Below are positions 1-12,673 of a DNA stretch of 64,000 bases, piece after piece. The translations under genes were made by a program, and so were the position numbers. A model generated the notes under the pieces. The model was not told the DNA's origin. It saw only the letters and a program-made list of their open reading frames with translations, and ran no database searches. Each line of letters begins with the position of its first letter. The stretch's first letter is position 1. This DNA is from Actinophytocola sp. (lineage in GTDB: Bacteria; Actinomycetota; Actinomycetes; Mycobacteriales; Pseudonocardiaceae), in the NCBI RefSeq assembly GCF_036555685.1, contig NZ_DATBKY010000172.1:6412-70411 (forward strand), read 5' to 3'.

Positions 1-1
1 C

Positions 2-247
2 CTCGCGCCCGAGCCGGACGCGGACGACGGCGTCGTCACGACCCAGCCCGTCGAGGAGGCACCGGCCGACGACGTCTACATCGAGCCCGAGCCGGGCCAC
101 GACGAGGACGGCGTCGTGACCATCGACCCCGTCGAGTCCGCCCCGGGCGAGGACGTCCCCATCGGCTCCGACCCGGACGAGAACGACCAGATCATCACCA
201 TCGACCCCGTCGAGTCCGCGCCGGCGGAGGACGTGCCGTTCGACTGA
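2..247 (+). CDS. C-terminal fragment (5'-partial) of a protein ending in acidic Asp/Glu/Pro-rich imperfect repeats
   Basis: Open frame from base 2 to TGA at 245-247 with GC-rich third positions; translates ...DDGVVTTQPVEEAPADDV...DEDGVVTIDPVESAPGEDVP...DQIITIDPVESAPAEDVPFD*. Not in the supplied ORF track because its start lies outside the window. Confidence 0.75.
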   Translation, partial: LAPEPDADDGVVTTQPVEEAPADDVYIEPEPGHDEDGVVTIDPVESAPGEDVPIGSDPDENDQIITIDPVESAPAEDVPFD

Positions 248-290
248 GCGCCGGTCACCCCCGCGCGCCGGAACGAAGGCGGCATCCGGT

Positions 291-323
291 GTCCGGGTCG
301 GCCGGCAGGCGGCCGACCCGGAC
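291..323. terminator. Hairpin between convergent genes (likely bidirectional intrinsic terminator)
   Basis: Perfect 14-bp stem GTCCGGGTCGGCCG / CGGCCGACCCGGAC with a 5-nt loop, between the stop at 247 and the katG stop at 334. Confidence 0.7.
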
Positions 324-333
324 TTCGCGGTAG

Positions 334-3470
<3,137 letters not shown>

Positions 3471-3524
3471 CGAATGGCATTTTATCGGAAGCGGGACACC
3501 GCTCCGGCTCGCGAACATGGCAAC

Positions 3525-4685
3525 GTGGCGCGGAACAAGTCGATCCTCCTGTTGGCCATCGGGCACGCGTGCGTGGACGTCTACCAGGGCTCGGTGGCCG
3601 CGCTCGTGCCGTTCTTCGTCGCCGAGCGGGCCTACGGCTACGCCGCGGCGTCCGGCATCGTGCTCGCCGCGTCGCTGCTGTCGTCGGTCGCGCAGCCACT
3701 GTTCGGCGCGCTGACCGACCGGTGGGCGATGCCGTGGCTGGTGCCGGCGAGCACGTTGCTCGGCGGGCTCGGCATCGCGCTCAGCGGCGTCAGCGGCTCG
3801 TACGCGCTGACACTGGCCTTCGTCGCGGTGTCCGGGATCGGCGTCGCCGCCTACCACCCCGAGTCCGCCCGCATCGCGCGGATCGCCAGCGGCCGCAGCA
3901 ACACCGCGATGGGCTGGTTCTCGCTCGGCGGCAACATCGGGTTCGCGGCCGCGCCCGTCCTCGTCGCGGCCGTCATGGCCGTCGGCGGCCTGCGCCTGAC
4001 GCCGCTGCTCGTCGTGCCGGCCCTCGCCGGCAGCGTGCTGTGCCTGTCCGTCCTGCGCGCGCTCGGCCCGGGACCGCGGTCGAGCAGCCGCGCCGCGCGG
4101 TCCGGGCGGAGCGACGACACGGCGTCGTTCGTGAAGCTCTCCCTCGCCGTGATCTGCCGGTCGATCGTCTTCGTCGGCGTGAGCGCGTTCATCGCCCTCT
4201 ACGCCGCGCAGCGGACGGGCGGGGGGACCGCGGCGGGCAGCGGCGCGCTGTTCCTGCTGTACCTCGGCGGGGCGGTGGGCACGATCCTGGGCAGCCGGCT
4301 GGCCGACCGCTGGGACCGGGTCGGCGTGGTGCGCTGGTCGTACCTGATCACGGTCGGCGCCGTCGCCGGTGTCGTCTTCGTGCCGGGGCCCGCCCTGTAC
4401 GTGTTCGTGGCGCTGACCTCCGCCGGCCTCTACGTCCCGTTCTCGCTGCAGATCACGCTCGCCCAGGACTACCTGCCCACGCGGGTCGGCACCGCCAGCG
4501 GCGTCACCCTCGGCCTGACCGTCAGCATCGGCGGCATCGCGAGCCCGCTCATCGGCACGATCGCCGACCACACCTCCCTGCAGGCGGCCCTCGCGCCGCT
4601 GATCGCGCTGCCCGTGCTGAGCTGGCTGCTGGCCCGCACGTTGCCCGAGCCGGTCGTGACCGAAAACCTTGTGCCACTGCGGTAA
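3525..4685 (+). CDS. MFS transporter (FSR/fosmidomycin-resistance-like)
   Basis: GHACVDVYQG, QPLFGALTDR, AYHPE and FSLGGNIG motifs typical of this MFS group; about 12 hydrophobic segments; start re-picked at GTG 3525. Confidence 0.88.
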   Translation: MARNKSILLLAIGHACVDVYQGSVAALVPFFVAERAYGYAAASGIVLAASLLSSVAQPLFGALTDRWAMPWLVPASTLLGGLGIALSGVSGSYALTLAFVAVSGIGVAAYHPESARIARIASGRSNTAMGWFSLGGNIGFAAAPVLVAAVMAVGGLRLTPLLVVPALAGSVLCLSVLRALGPGPRSSSRAARSGRSDDTASFVKLSLAVICRSIVFVGVSAFIALYAAQRTGGGTAAGSGALFLLYLGGAVGTILGSRLADRWDRVGVVRWSYLITVGAVAGVVFVPGPALYVFVALTSAGLYVPFSLQITLAQDYLPTRVGTASGVTLGLTVSIGGIASPLIGTIADHTSLQAALAPLIALPVLSWLLARTLPEPVVTENLVPLR

Positions 4686-4729
4686 TCTCCGAGATCGACC
4701 AGGTCGGGGCCTGCACTCGGGGGACCCTG

Positions 4730-6367
4730 TTGCCTGCCTACCGCGAGGACATCAGCGCCGGCCGCGCGCGAAAGCGGCTGATCATCGCCGGTGGCGCCGT
4801 GCTGACCGTCGTGATCACCGTGTTCGGCGTACTCCAGCTCCTGCCGTCGGGCGACAACGCGAAGCCCGCGACCGCCGCGGACGAGCCGGCGACCGCCCTC
4901 ACGGCGACCGAGCTGACGAACGAGTTCCTCAACGAGCTCACCGCGGGCGACGCCGCGGCGGCCGGCAAGCTCACCGACGACGCGGCGGCCGCGACCAAGC
5001 AGCTCGGTGACGTCTGGCAGGGGCTCGCGCCGACCTCCCTCGTCGCGAGCCGGGACGAGCTCGTCGAGCCGGCGGCCGGCGCGACCGTGGCCGTCGAGCC
5101 GTTCACGCTCAGCTGGGACCTCGGCGACGGCCGTGCCTGGGAGTACAAGAGCTCGCTGCGGCTCGCCAGGAAGGGCGCGGACTGGCTGGTCCGGTGGCAG
5201 CCGGGCATCGTGCACCCGAACCTCGCCGCCGGGCAGCGGCTCGTGCTGCACGACCTGACCGGGCAGCCCGCCGTGGTCGGCCGCGGCGGCGCGCCGCTGA
5301 TCACGTGGACCGGGGACGGGACGACCGCCAAGGACCCGCGGTTCGCGCCGCTGCTGCTGCCCGCCATGGGCCGTGTCGCGAGGGGACGGACCCCGGCGGA
5401 CGGCTGGTACGTCGCGTCGGCGAACGCCGCCGGCAAGGACGTCCGGGTCCTGCATGGCAGGCCGACGAAGCCGCTCGCCTCGACCCTGAGCCAGCCGGTC
5501 CAGGCGGCGGCCCAGACGGCGGTGGACGGGCAGGCCGCCCCGACGATGATCGTGGCCATCCAGCCGTCGACCGGTGACCTGCTCGCCGTCGCCCAGAACG
5601 CAGCCGCCGGCGACGATCTGGTGGCGCTGCACGGGCTCTTCCCGCCCGGCTCGACGTTCAAGATCGCCACCGCGACCGCCCTCCTCGACGCCGGCATAGC
5701 CGGCATCGAGACCGTCGTGCCGTGCCCCGGCTCGGCCACGATCGGCCAGCGAACCGTGCGCAACGCCGGCTTCGAGCTCGGCGACGTGCCGCTGCGCACC
5801 GCGTTCGCGCAGTCGTGCAACACGACGTTCGCGATGCAGGCGGCGAAGCTGCCGCCCGGCGCGCTCCCCCGCGCCGCGAGCCGGCTGGGCCTCGCCGCCG
5901 ACTTCGCCATCCCCGGCATCAAGACGGAGGCCGGGACCGTGCCGGCCGCGGCGAACTCGACCGAGCAGGTCGAGAACAGCATCGGCCAGGGCCGGGTGGT
6001 GGCCAGCTGCTTCGGCATGGCACTCGTCGCCGCGACGGTCGCCGCCGGTCGTGCGATCACGCCGCGGCTGTGGCGCGACCTCAAGACGACGGTCAACGCC
6101 GGCTACGAGCCGCCGCCCGGCGCGGTGGTCGCCTCGCTGCGGACGATGATGCGCGACGTCGTCACCTCCGGACGCGGCAGCGCGCTCGACCGCTACGGCG
6201 ACGTCCACGGCAAGACCGGCACCGCTCAGTTCGACGACGGCACGCAGGCCCACGGCTGGTTCGCCGGCTACCGCGGCGACCTCGCCTTCGCGACGCTGGT
6301 GAAGGACTCCTCGTCCTCGTCCGCCGCGGTCACCGTCACGGGCGCGTTCCTCGGCGGCATCGGCTGA
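4730..6367 (+). CDS. Penicillin-binding protein (membrane anchor, NTF2-like domain, transpeptidase domain)
   Basis: All three transpeptidase motifs present: PGSTFK (SxxK), QSCN (SxN), GKTGT (KTG); N-terminal hydrophobic anchor. Start approximate. Confidence 0.88.
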   Translation: MPAYREDISAGRARKRLIIAGGAVLTVVITVFGVLQLLPSGDNAKPATAADEPATALTATELTNEFLNELTAGDAAAAGKLTDDAAAATKQLGDVWQGLAPTSLVASRDELVEPAAGATVAVEPFTLSWDLGDGRAWEYKSSLRLARKGADWLVRWQPGIVHPNLAAGQRLVLHDLTGQPAVVGRGGAPLITWTGDGTTAKDPRFAPLLLPAMGRVARGRTPADGWYVASANAAGKDVRVLHGRPTKPLASTLSQPVQAAAQTAVDGQAAPTMIVAIQPSTGDLLAVAQNAAAGDDLVALHGLFPPGSTFKIATATALLDAGIAGIETVVPCPGSATIGQRTVRNAGFELGDVPLRTAFAQSCNTTFAMQAAKLPPGALPRAASRLGLAADFAIPGIKTEAGTVPAAANSTEQVENSIGQGRVVASCFGMALVAATVAAGRAITPRLWRDLKTTVNAGYEPPPGAVVASLRTMMRDVVTSGRGSALDRYGDVHGKTGTAQFDDGTQAHGWFAGYRGDLAFATLVKDSSSSSAAVTVTGAFLGGIG

Positions 6368-6373
6368 CCGGGG

Positions 6374-7072
6374 TCACGAGATCGCCGGATCCGTCGGCTC
6401 CAGCACCATGTCCGCCAGGTGCGTCCCGGGCGGCGCGGACAGCACGAAGAACATCGCCGAGGCCACGGAGTCGGGGGCTAGGTAGCGCTCCGACTCGAAC
6501 GGGCCGCCCTCGAAGCGGCGCACGATGCGCTGCATGTCGGTCGCGACCCGGCCCGGATAGATGCTCGTCACCCGGACACCGTTGCCCATCTCCTCCTGTC
6601 GCAGCGCCTGCGCGAAGACCCGCAGCGCGTGCTTGCTCGCCGCGTACGCCGAGCGGCCGGCCGGCGAGCCGGCGACGACCGTCGAGTTCACGAGAATGAC
6701 CCGGCCGCGCGCAGCCCGTAGGGCGGGCAGCAGATTGCGAGTCATTTCCACTACGCCGAAAAAGTTCACCGCGAAGACGTCCCGCCACACCTCGTCCGGA
6801 GTCGCGATGATCGTGTCCCGCTCGAACACGCCGGCGCAGTGCACCAGGAGGTCGACCTCGGCCAGCTCCGGCGGAACCAGGCCGATGCCCTCCGACGTGG
6901 CCAGATCGACCTGCCAGTGGAATGCGTCGGGTAGCTCCGTCACCATCGACTTGAGCGCCACCGCGTCGCGACCGGCCAGGCACAACGCGTACCCGTCGGC
7001 CAGCAGATTCACGACAGACCGGCCAATTCCCCCAGTAGCCCCTACCACCACAGCGATGGGCTTACCTGCCAC
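6374..7072 (-). CDS. Short-chain dehydrogenase/reductase
   Basis: GATGGIG Rossmann motif, HCAG, YAASK catalytic motif, PGRVAT. Confidence 0.9.
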   Translation of the reverse strand: MAGKPIAVVVGATGGIGRSVVNLLADGYALCLAGRDAVALKSMVTELPDAFHWQVDLATSEGIGLVPPELAEVDLLVHCAGVFERDTIIATPDEVWRDVFAVNFFGVVEMTRNLLPALRAARGRVILVNSTVVAGSPAGRSAYAASKHALRVFAQALRQEEMGNGVRVTSIYPGRVATDMQRIVRRFEGGPFESERYLAPDSVASAMFFVLSAPPGTHLADMVLEPTDPAIS

Positions 7073-7216
7073 CACGATCCCTTTCTGCCGAACGGAGAGC
7101 GCTTGCGCGCAATCCCTATTCGATCCGGCCGAGACCGTCGCTACAGCCATACGCAAGCGAAATCGCTACGACTACTGAGCGTCGCGTGATGTGACCAAAA
7201 TGGACAAAGCATGGCG

Positions 7217-7247
7217 AAAGGCCGCAATCGGCATGATTGCGGCCTTT
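7217..7247 (-). terminator. Hairpin downstream of the DUF4242 gene
   Basis: Perfect 13-bp stem AAAGGCCGCAATC / GATTGCGGCCTTT with a 5-nt loop, 20 nt past the stop at 7267. Confidence 0.65.
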
Positions 7248-7266
7248 CTTCCGTGGCGGCTCCCGA

Positions 7267-7518
7267 TCAGGAACCCTCCTGCACCTGGAAGATCTCGTCG
7301 GCCACCAGCCCGTGCGCGTCCCGGTGCACGGACTCCGCGGCCTTCGCGTCGGGGGCGTCGACCAGGCAGAAGATCTTGCCCTCCGACTCGTCGACCCAGT
7401 ATCTGAGGTAGTTCACCCCGCGGCCTTCCTGCGTCTGCAGGTCGGCCGCGTGCGCCTTGGCGACGTCGTCGATGCTGACCTCGCCGTCGATCGAGTGAAC
7501 ATCCATGAACAGTGCCAT
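7267..7518 (-). CDS. DUF4242 / SCO4226-like small metal-binding protein
   Basis: 83 aa: FMDVH...AHAADL...YLRYWVDE..GKIFCLVDAPD.....VHRDAHG; AAGGAG RBS upstream. Confidence 0.88.
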   Translation of the reverse strand: MALFMDVHSIDGEVSIDDVAKAHAADLQTQEGRGVNYLRYWVDESEGKIFCLVDAPDAKAAESVHRDAHGLVADEIFQVQEGS

Positions 7519-7590
7519 TTCCGGCTCCTTCGTTCGTTGTCGTACACACAGCGAACCTCGCGTGAGCCGGGTCGGCATCGGGCGTGTTCC

Positions 7591-10191
7591 CTAACTTGGC
7601 GGCACGACGGGCATGAGGATCCCTAGCTCGGACGCCGTTGCCACGGCACGCGACCGGGTCGGCACGCCGAGCTTGCGCAGCACGGCCGAGACGTGGTGGC
7701 CGACCGTCTTGCCGGACAGGCCGAGCCGCACCGCCAACTCGGCGTTGGACAGGCCGCGCGCCAGCAGCTGAAGGACCTCCAGCTCCCGCGCGGTGAGGCC
7801 GGCGGGGTTGTTCCGGGTGGCCGGTCGCGGCTCGCGCACGGCCACGCCGCGCAGGCGGACGTCGCGCGCGACCGCCTTGGCGGTGGCCGGCGCGCCCACG
7901 CCGTTCAGGATGCCGAGCGCGGTCCGGACGTCGGCCGGATCGTCCGAACGCGACAGTGCGAACGCGTGCCAGCGGGGGCAGCCGAGGTCGGCCCACAGGT
8001 TCGCGGCGTCCGCCGGCCGGCCGTCCATCAGCGAGGCGAACGGCTCCGGGAGTGTGCGGCCCGGGTCGGCCGGCGCGGCACCGACCTTGCGCCAGTACGC
8101 CAGCTCGGCCATGTCCCACACGTCGCTGTGGTCGCGCATGTCGGTCCACGCGGCCTCGGTCAGGGGCCCGATACTCGCCCCGTCACCCTCGGTCCACGCC
8201 TGCTCGGCCCGGGCCGCCGCGACCAGCGCCACCCGCTGCGGCTCCCCGGTCTGCAGGGCGAGCTGCCACGCCTCGTCCAGCGCGGAGCCCACCGGTGCGC
8301 CGCGGCGCACCGCCAGCACCCCGGCGACCGTGAGCGCCGGGATGCGGGTGATCGGCGGCAGCCGTGGATACGGCAGGATCTGCCCGACCAGCTGCTCGGC
8401 CTCCTCGTGGCGACCGCGCTCGGCCATCAGCCAGGCCAGCCACGACTGCATGTACAGCCACCACGAGTCGAGATCGCGGTCCACGCCGTAGGCGATGCCG
8501 GTGCGCAGCACCTTCTCGGCCTCGTCCATGCGCCGCATCAACCCGAGCTCCCAGCCGAGGTTTGTGTACGCCCGGGCGACGTGCTCCTGCGCGTCCACCG
8601 CCAGCGCGATGTCGAGCGACCGCCGCAGGCGCGCGATGCCGTCCTCCACCGCGCCGCTGATCATGAGGGTCGTGCCCACGTTGTTGAGCGCGTGGGCCAG
8701 CACCTCCTGCTCGCCGAGGCGCTCGGACAGCTCGATCGCGCGCTCACCCCAGGCGAGCGCCGCGTCGCAGTCGTGGTCGAGCATCCGCAGCTGCGACATG
8801 TTGCTGTAGGCCATGGCGAGTTCCGGCCCCGGCTCGTACGCCTCGAGCGTGGTCACCGCCTCGGTGCCGTACCGGTGCGCGTCGGCGTTGCGCGCGAGGA
8901 ACCAGGACAGCCGGGACAGCGACCGCAGCGCCGTGCCCACCGCGGGCTCGTTTCCCGCGGCGCGGTGCAGCCCGAGGGCCTCCTCGCGCGTGGCGAACGC
9001 CTCGTCGAGCTGGTCGGTCAGGTAGCACTCGTAGGACAGGCGGCCGAGCAGGTCGGCGCGCTCCGCGTCGGACAGCACGTGGCCGTGGCGCAGGGCCGTC
9101 CGGTAGTGCGTGGCGGCGGCCCGGTGGCAGCCTAGCGACGCGGCCTGCTCGGCGGCGCGCGGCGCGTGCCGGACGACGGCCTTCGCGAGCCCGCCCCGGT
9201 CGGCGTGGTGGGCGAGGCGCCGGTCGTCGGTGGTGGCGAGCAGCCGGCCGTACACCGCTCGGTGCAGCCGGACCCGGGTGCCGGACAGCAGTCCCTCGTA
9301 GACCGCCTGGCGGGCCAGCTCGTGCCGGAATCCGACCTGGTCGCCCAGGTCGACGAGCAGGCCGCGGCGCACGCACTCGTCGAGCGCCTCCGCCGGCCGG
9401 CCGGAGACGCCGAGCACGAGGTCGGCTTCGGCCTTCGGGCCGACGACCGACGCGGCGGCCAGCACCTCGCGCGCCGCCGGGGTGAGCCGCGCGGCCCGGG
9501 CGTGCACCGCGTCCACGACGCTCGGCGGCAGCCGGGTGGTCCCGGCGGCGAGCACCTCGGTGACGAAGAACGGGTTGCCGCAGGTGCGCTCGTACAGCTC
9601 GACCGGGTCGAAGTCGCCGCCGGCACGCCGGGCGAGCTCGGCCACCGCCCCCTGGGTCAGGAGAGGCACCAGCATCCGCGCGACGACGGCGGCCGTGGCC
9701 AGGTCCCCGAGCACGGCGGTGAGCGGGTGTCCGGGCCCGACCTCGTCGTCCCGGTAGGTGACGACGACCAGGAGCGGCAGGTCGTCCATCCGCCGTCCGA
9801 GGTAGCGGACGAGGTCGAGGGTGGTGTCGTCGGCCCAGTGCGCGTCCTCGACGACGAACAGCGTCGGCCGCTCGCCCAGCGCGCCCCGCACGGCCGCGAA
9901 GAGCGGTCCCCGGCTGGGCCGGTCGCTGTCCAGCTGTTGTTCGACGGCCGCCCCGAGCATCCCGGCGATGTCGGCGAGGGGGCCGAGCGGCCGCGGGGTG
10001 GTGCCACCGTCGCAGGCGCCGCGCAGGACACGCACCCGCTGCCCGGCCAGCTCGGTGAACGCGGCGAGGAGCGTCGTCTTGCCGGCGCCGGCCTCCCCGC
10101 CGAGGAACACCAGCCGCCCACGCCCACCGAGGACCTCGGTCAGGTAGGCGTCCAGCCCCGCGAGCAGCGCGTCCCGCTCCAGCAACGACAC
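7591..10191 (-). CDS. Large ATP-binding LuxR-family regulator (AAA ATPase, TPR-like region, LuxR HTH)
   Basis: Walker A GEAGAGKT, Walker B VVEDAHWAD, GNPFF, C-terminal LTARELEVL...KTVGHHVSAVLRKLG. Confidence 0.93.
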   Translation of the reverse strand: MSLLERDALLAGLDAYLTEVLGGRGRLVFLGGEAGAGKTTLLAAFTELAGQRVRVLRGACDGGTTPRPLGPLADIAGMLGAAVEQQLDSDRPSRGPLFAAVRGALGERPTLFVVEDAHWADDTTLDLVRYLGRRMDDLPLLVVVTYRDDEVGPGHPLTAVLGDLATAAVVARMLVPLLTQGAVAELARRAGGDFDPVELYERTCGNPFFVTEVLAAGTTRLPPSVVDAVHARAARLTPAAREVLAAASVVGPKAEADLVLGVSGRPAEALDECVRRGLLVDLGDQVGFRHELARQAVYEGLLSGTRVRLHRAVYGRLLATTDDRRLAHHADRGGLAKAVVRHAPRAAEQAASLGCHRAAATHYRTALRHGHVLSDAERADLLGRLSYECYLTDQLDEAFATREEALGLHRAAGNEPAVGTALRSLSRLSWFLARNADAHRYGTEAVTTLEAYEPGPELAMAYSNMSQLRMLDHDCDAALAWGERAIELSERLGEQEVLAHALNNVGTTLMISGAVEDGIARLRRSLDIALAVDAQEHVARAYTNLGWELGLMRRMDEAEKVLRTGIAYGVDRDLDSWWLYMQSWLAWLMAERGRHEEAEQLVGQILPYPRLPPITRIPALTVAGVLAVRRGAPVGSALDEAWQLALQTGEPQRVALVAAARAEQAWTEGDGASIGPLTEAAWTDMRDHSDVWDMAELAYWRKVGAAPADPGRTLPEPFASLMDGRPADAANLWADLGCPRWHAFALSRSDDPADVRTALGILNGVGAPATAKAVARDVRLRGVAVREPRPATRNNPAGLTARELEVLQLLARGLSNAELAVRLGLSGKTVGHHVSAVLRKLGVPTRSRAVATASELGILMPVVPPS

Positions 10192-10335
10192 GCCGCAGCC
10201 TAACCCGGCGGAAACGCTCGGGCGAACACCGTCGCGGCGGCACAATATGCGCCGAATCTTTGCTGCGGCAGGGATTTGCTCACCCGACGTCTTCCTCGGT
10301 ACGCGGCGAGTGACTATGGTCGGGCTTGATCGCCT

Positions 10336-11931
10336 ATGTCGCGTGGAGGTCGGGTGCCGGGCAGGCCGGGGAGACGATCGGCGCGGCTTGCTGCCGTTTT
10401 CCTTTCCCTCACGTCACTTGCCGGGTGTTCGGTCAACGCGGTCGAGGTTCCGCGCGCGACTGCCAAGTCGTCGACGAGTGCCCCGGTGCCCGTGCACCGT
10501 GCGGACGTGGCGGCACCCGACGAGGCGACCACCGTGCTCGACGCGGCGCCCGGAGTCGACTCCGCGATCGCGGTGTCGCGTGCGCTGTTCCGCAGCGCAC
10601 CCGTCGTGTTGGTGGCCACGGAGGCGGACCGGGCCGGCATCGCCGAGGCGGCCACGCTGGGCACGGAGATCGGCGCCCCCGTCCTGCTCTACCCGCACCG
10701 CGAAGGTCCACAAAGGACAGCATGGCAACGGGAGCTCGGGCGCCTGGCACCCGGCACGGTGCTCGCCGTCGGCGCGGCAGCGGCAGCGTCGGTGCGGGAG
10801 TCGGTGCGGGAGTCGGTGCGAGCGTCGGAGGCCGGCGTGTCCGTGCGGACGGTCGGCCCGGACGACCGGGCCGCGGCAGCCGACATCCCGGCGGTGAAGC
10901 CGCGGCCGGTGGAGCTCACGCTCCTCGTGGCGCGGTCCCGCGACGACGCCGCGGCCGTGGCGACGGCCCGGGCCGCGGGCGCCGAGGTCGTCACGGTCTC
11001 GGGCGCTGACCCCCGCGCCGACGCCAAGGCGATCGCCGCCTTGCGCGCTGCCCCGACGCGGACGGTCCTGGCCCTCGGCAGTGAGTTCGGGCCGCCCGCG
11101 CGCCTGGAGAACCGGCTAGCCACAGCCGCCCACGGCGCGCAGTTGCCCGGCGGCGGGCAGGTCGTGCTCGCCGGCCGGCGGATCGTCTGCCTCTACGGCC
11201 ATCCCGGCACGCGGTCGCTCGGCGTGCTCGGTGAGCAGGGCATCGACGCGAGCATCGCGCGGGCCAAGCGGATGGCCGGGGCGTACCGGCCGTTCAGCGA
11301 CGTCCCCGTCGTGCCGGCGTTCGAGATCATCGCGACCGTCGCGCAGGGTGCTCCGGGGCCCGACGGCGACTTCTCGGGCGAGTCGAGCGTCGGCGAGCTG
11401 CGGCCCTGGGTCGACAAGGCACGCAAGGCCGGCCTGTACGTGGTGCTCGACCTGCAGCCCGGCCGCTCGGACCTGCTCAGGCAGGCGCGCCGGTACGAGC
11501 CGCTGCTGCGGTTGCCCCACGTGGGACTGGCGGTCGACCCGGAGTGGAAGCTCGGTCCGCGCCAGCGCCCGCTCGGCCAGATCGGCGGTATCGAGGCGGC
11601 CGAGCTCAACCGGACGTCCGCGTGGCTGGCCGGCCTCACCGCACGGCACACGCTGCCGCAGAAGCTCTTCGTCATCCACCAGTTCCGGCTCTCGATGATC
11701 CGCCACGAGGCCGCCCTGAACACCTCGCACGACGAGTTGTCGCTGCTGATCCACATGGACGGTCAGGGCTCGACCGGGCAGAAGAACTCCACCTGGCGGT
11801 CGGTCGTGGCCGCGCGCCCGCGCAACCTCCCCCTCGGCTGGAAGAACTTCTACGACGAGGACCACCCCATGCTCACGCCGCGCCAGACGATGGCGAAGCG
11901 GCCCACCCCGGTGATGATCTCCTACCAGTGA
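10336..11931 (+). CDS. Putative lipoprotein of unknown function (cell-wall-binding-like N-terminus, conserved alpha/beta C-terminal domain)
   Basis: Positively charged N-terminus, hydrophobic stretch and LAGC lipobox; C-terminal YGHPG...DLQPG...DPEW...HQF...MDGQG...GWKNFY segment. Confidence 0.75.
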   Translation: MSRGGRVPGRPGRRSARLAAVFLSLTSLAGCSVNAVEVPRATAKSSTSAPVPVHRADVAAPDEATTVLDAAPGVDSAIAVSRALFRSAPVVLVATEADRAGIAEAATLGTEIGAPVLLYPHREGPQRTAWQRELGRLAPGTVLAVGAAAAASVRESVRESVRASEAGVSVRTVGPDDRAAAADIPAVKPRPVELTLLVARSRDDAAAVATARAAGAEVVTVSGADPRADAKAIAALRAAPTRTVLALGSEFGPPARLENRLATAAHGAQLPGGGQVVLAGRRIVCLYGHPGTRSLGVLGEQGIDASIARAKRMAGAYRPFSDVPVVPAFEIIATVAQGAPGPDGDFSGESSVGELRPWVDKARKAGLYVVLDLQPGRSDLLRQARRYEPLLRLPHVGLAVDPEWKLGPRQRPLGQIGGIEAAELNRTSAWLAGLTARHTLPQKLFVIHQFRLSMIRHEAALNTSHDELSLLIHMDGQGSTGQKNSTWRSVVAARPRNLPLGWKNFYDEDHPMLTPRQTMAKRPTPVMISYQ

Positions 11932-12028
11932 GCGGCGTCCGCTCCTGCCCGGCTGGCCGGGGACGGGGCGGTTGCCGGATCGGCAACGAACGTTGCGCGA
12001 GGCCGCCCGGCGGGCGCATCGTCCGGAT

Positions 12029-12649
12029 GTGGACGAACACTACTGGGACGACAAGTACCACACGCGGGACCGGCTGTGGAGCGGTGAACCGAACGGCGTG
12101 CTGGTCGTGGAGGCCGCCGACCTGACGCCCGGCCAGGCGCTCGACCTCGGCTGCGGCGAGGGCGCGGACGCCCGCTGGCTCGCCGCGCGGGGGTGGCTCG
12201 TGACCGCGGTCGACATCTCGCGGGTCGCGCTCGAGCGGGCCGCCGCCGTGGCCGGCGGCGAAGGCGTGTCGTGGACGCATGGCGACCTCACCGTGTTCCC
12301 GCCGCCGGCCGGGGCCTTCGACCTCGTGTCGGCGATCTACTTCCCGCTCCCCCGCGCCGCGACCCGCGCGCTCGACTCCCTGCTCGCGGCGGTCGCGCCG
12401 GGCGGGACGCTGCTCGTCGCCACCCACAACCTCGACACGTCCCACCGCGAGCACATGGACCCGGCCTTCGACCCGGACGACTACTACTGGCCGCACCAGA
12501 TCGCCGCGGCGCTCGACGGCACGTGGAAGGTCGAGGTCGACGAGATCCGGCCGCGTGTCTCGGCCACGCCGCCCGCCGGCGGACACATCGAGGACATCGT
12601 TCTCAAGGCACGCAAGGGGGCCTGGGCCGCGACACGCGCCGGCCACTGA
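12029..12649 (+). CDS. Class I SAM-dependent methyltransferase
   Basis: WDDKY...WSGEPN N-terminus, LDLGCGEG motif I, VDIS, FDLV; start re-picked at GTG 12029. Confidence 0.9.
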   Translation: MDEHYWDDKYHTRDRLWSGEPNGVLVVEAADLTPGQALDLGCGEGADARWLAARGWLVTAVDISRVALERAAAVAGGEGVSWTHGDLTVFPPPAGAFDLVSAIYFPLPRAATRALDSLLAAVAPGGTLLVATHNLDTSHREHMDPAFDPDDYYWPHQIAAALDGTWKVEVDEIRPRVSATPPAGGHIEDIVLKARKGAWAATRAGH

Positions 12650-12673
12650 CGACCGAGGGTTAGCCTGGCGGCC

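Noticed and set aside
4730-6367. PBP as a self-resistance gene implying a beta-lactam product
   Set aside because: It is 13 kb from the cluster, such PBPs are common in actinomycetes, and no beta-lactam-forming enzyme or TE is present.
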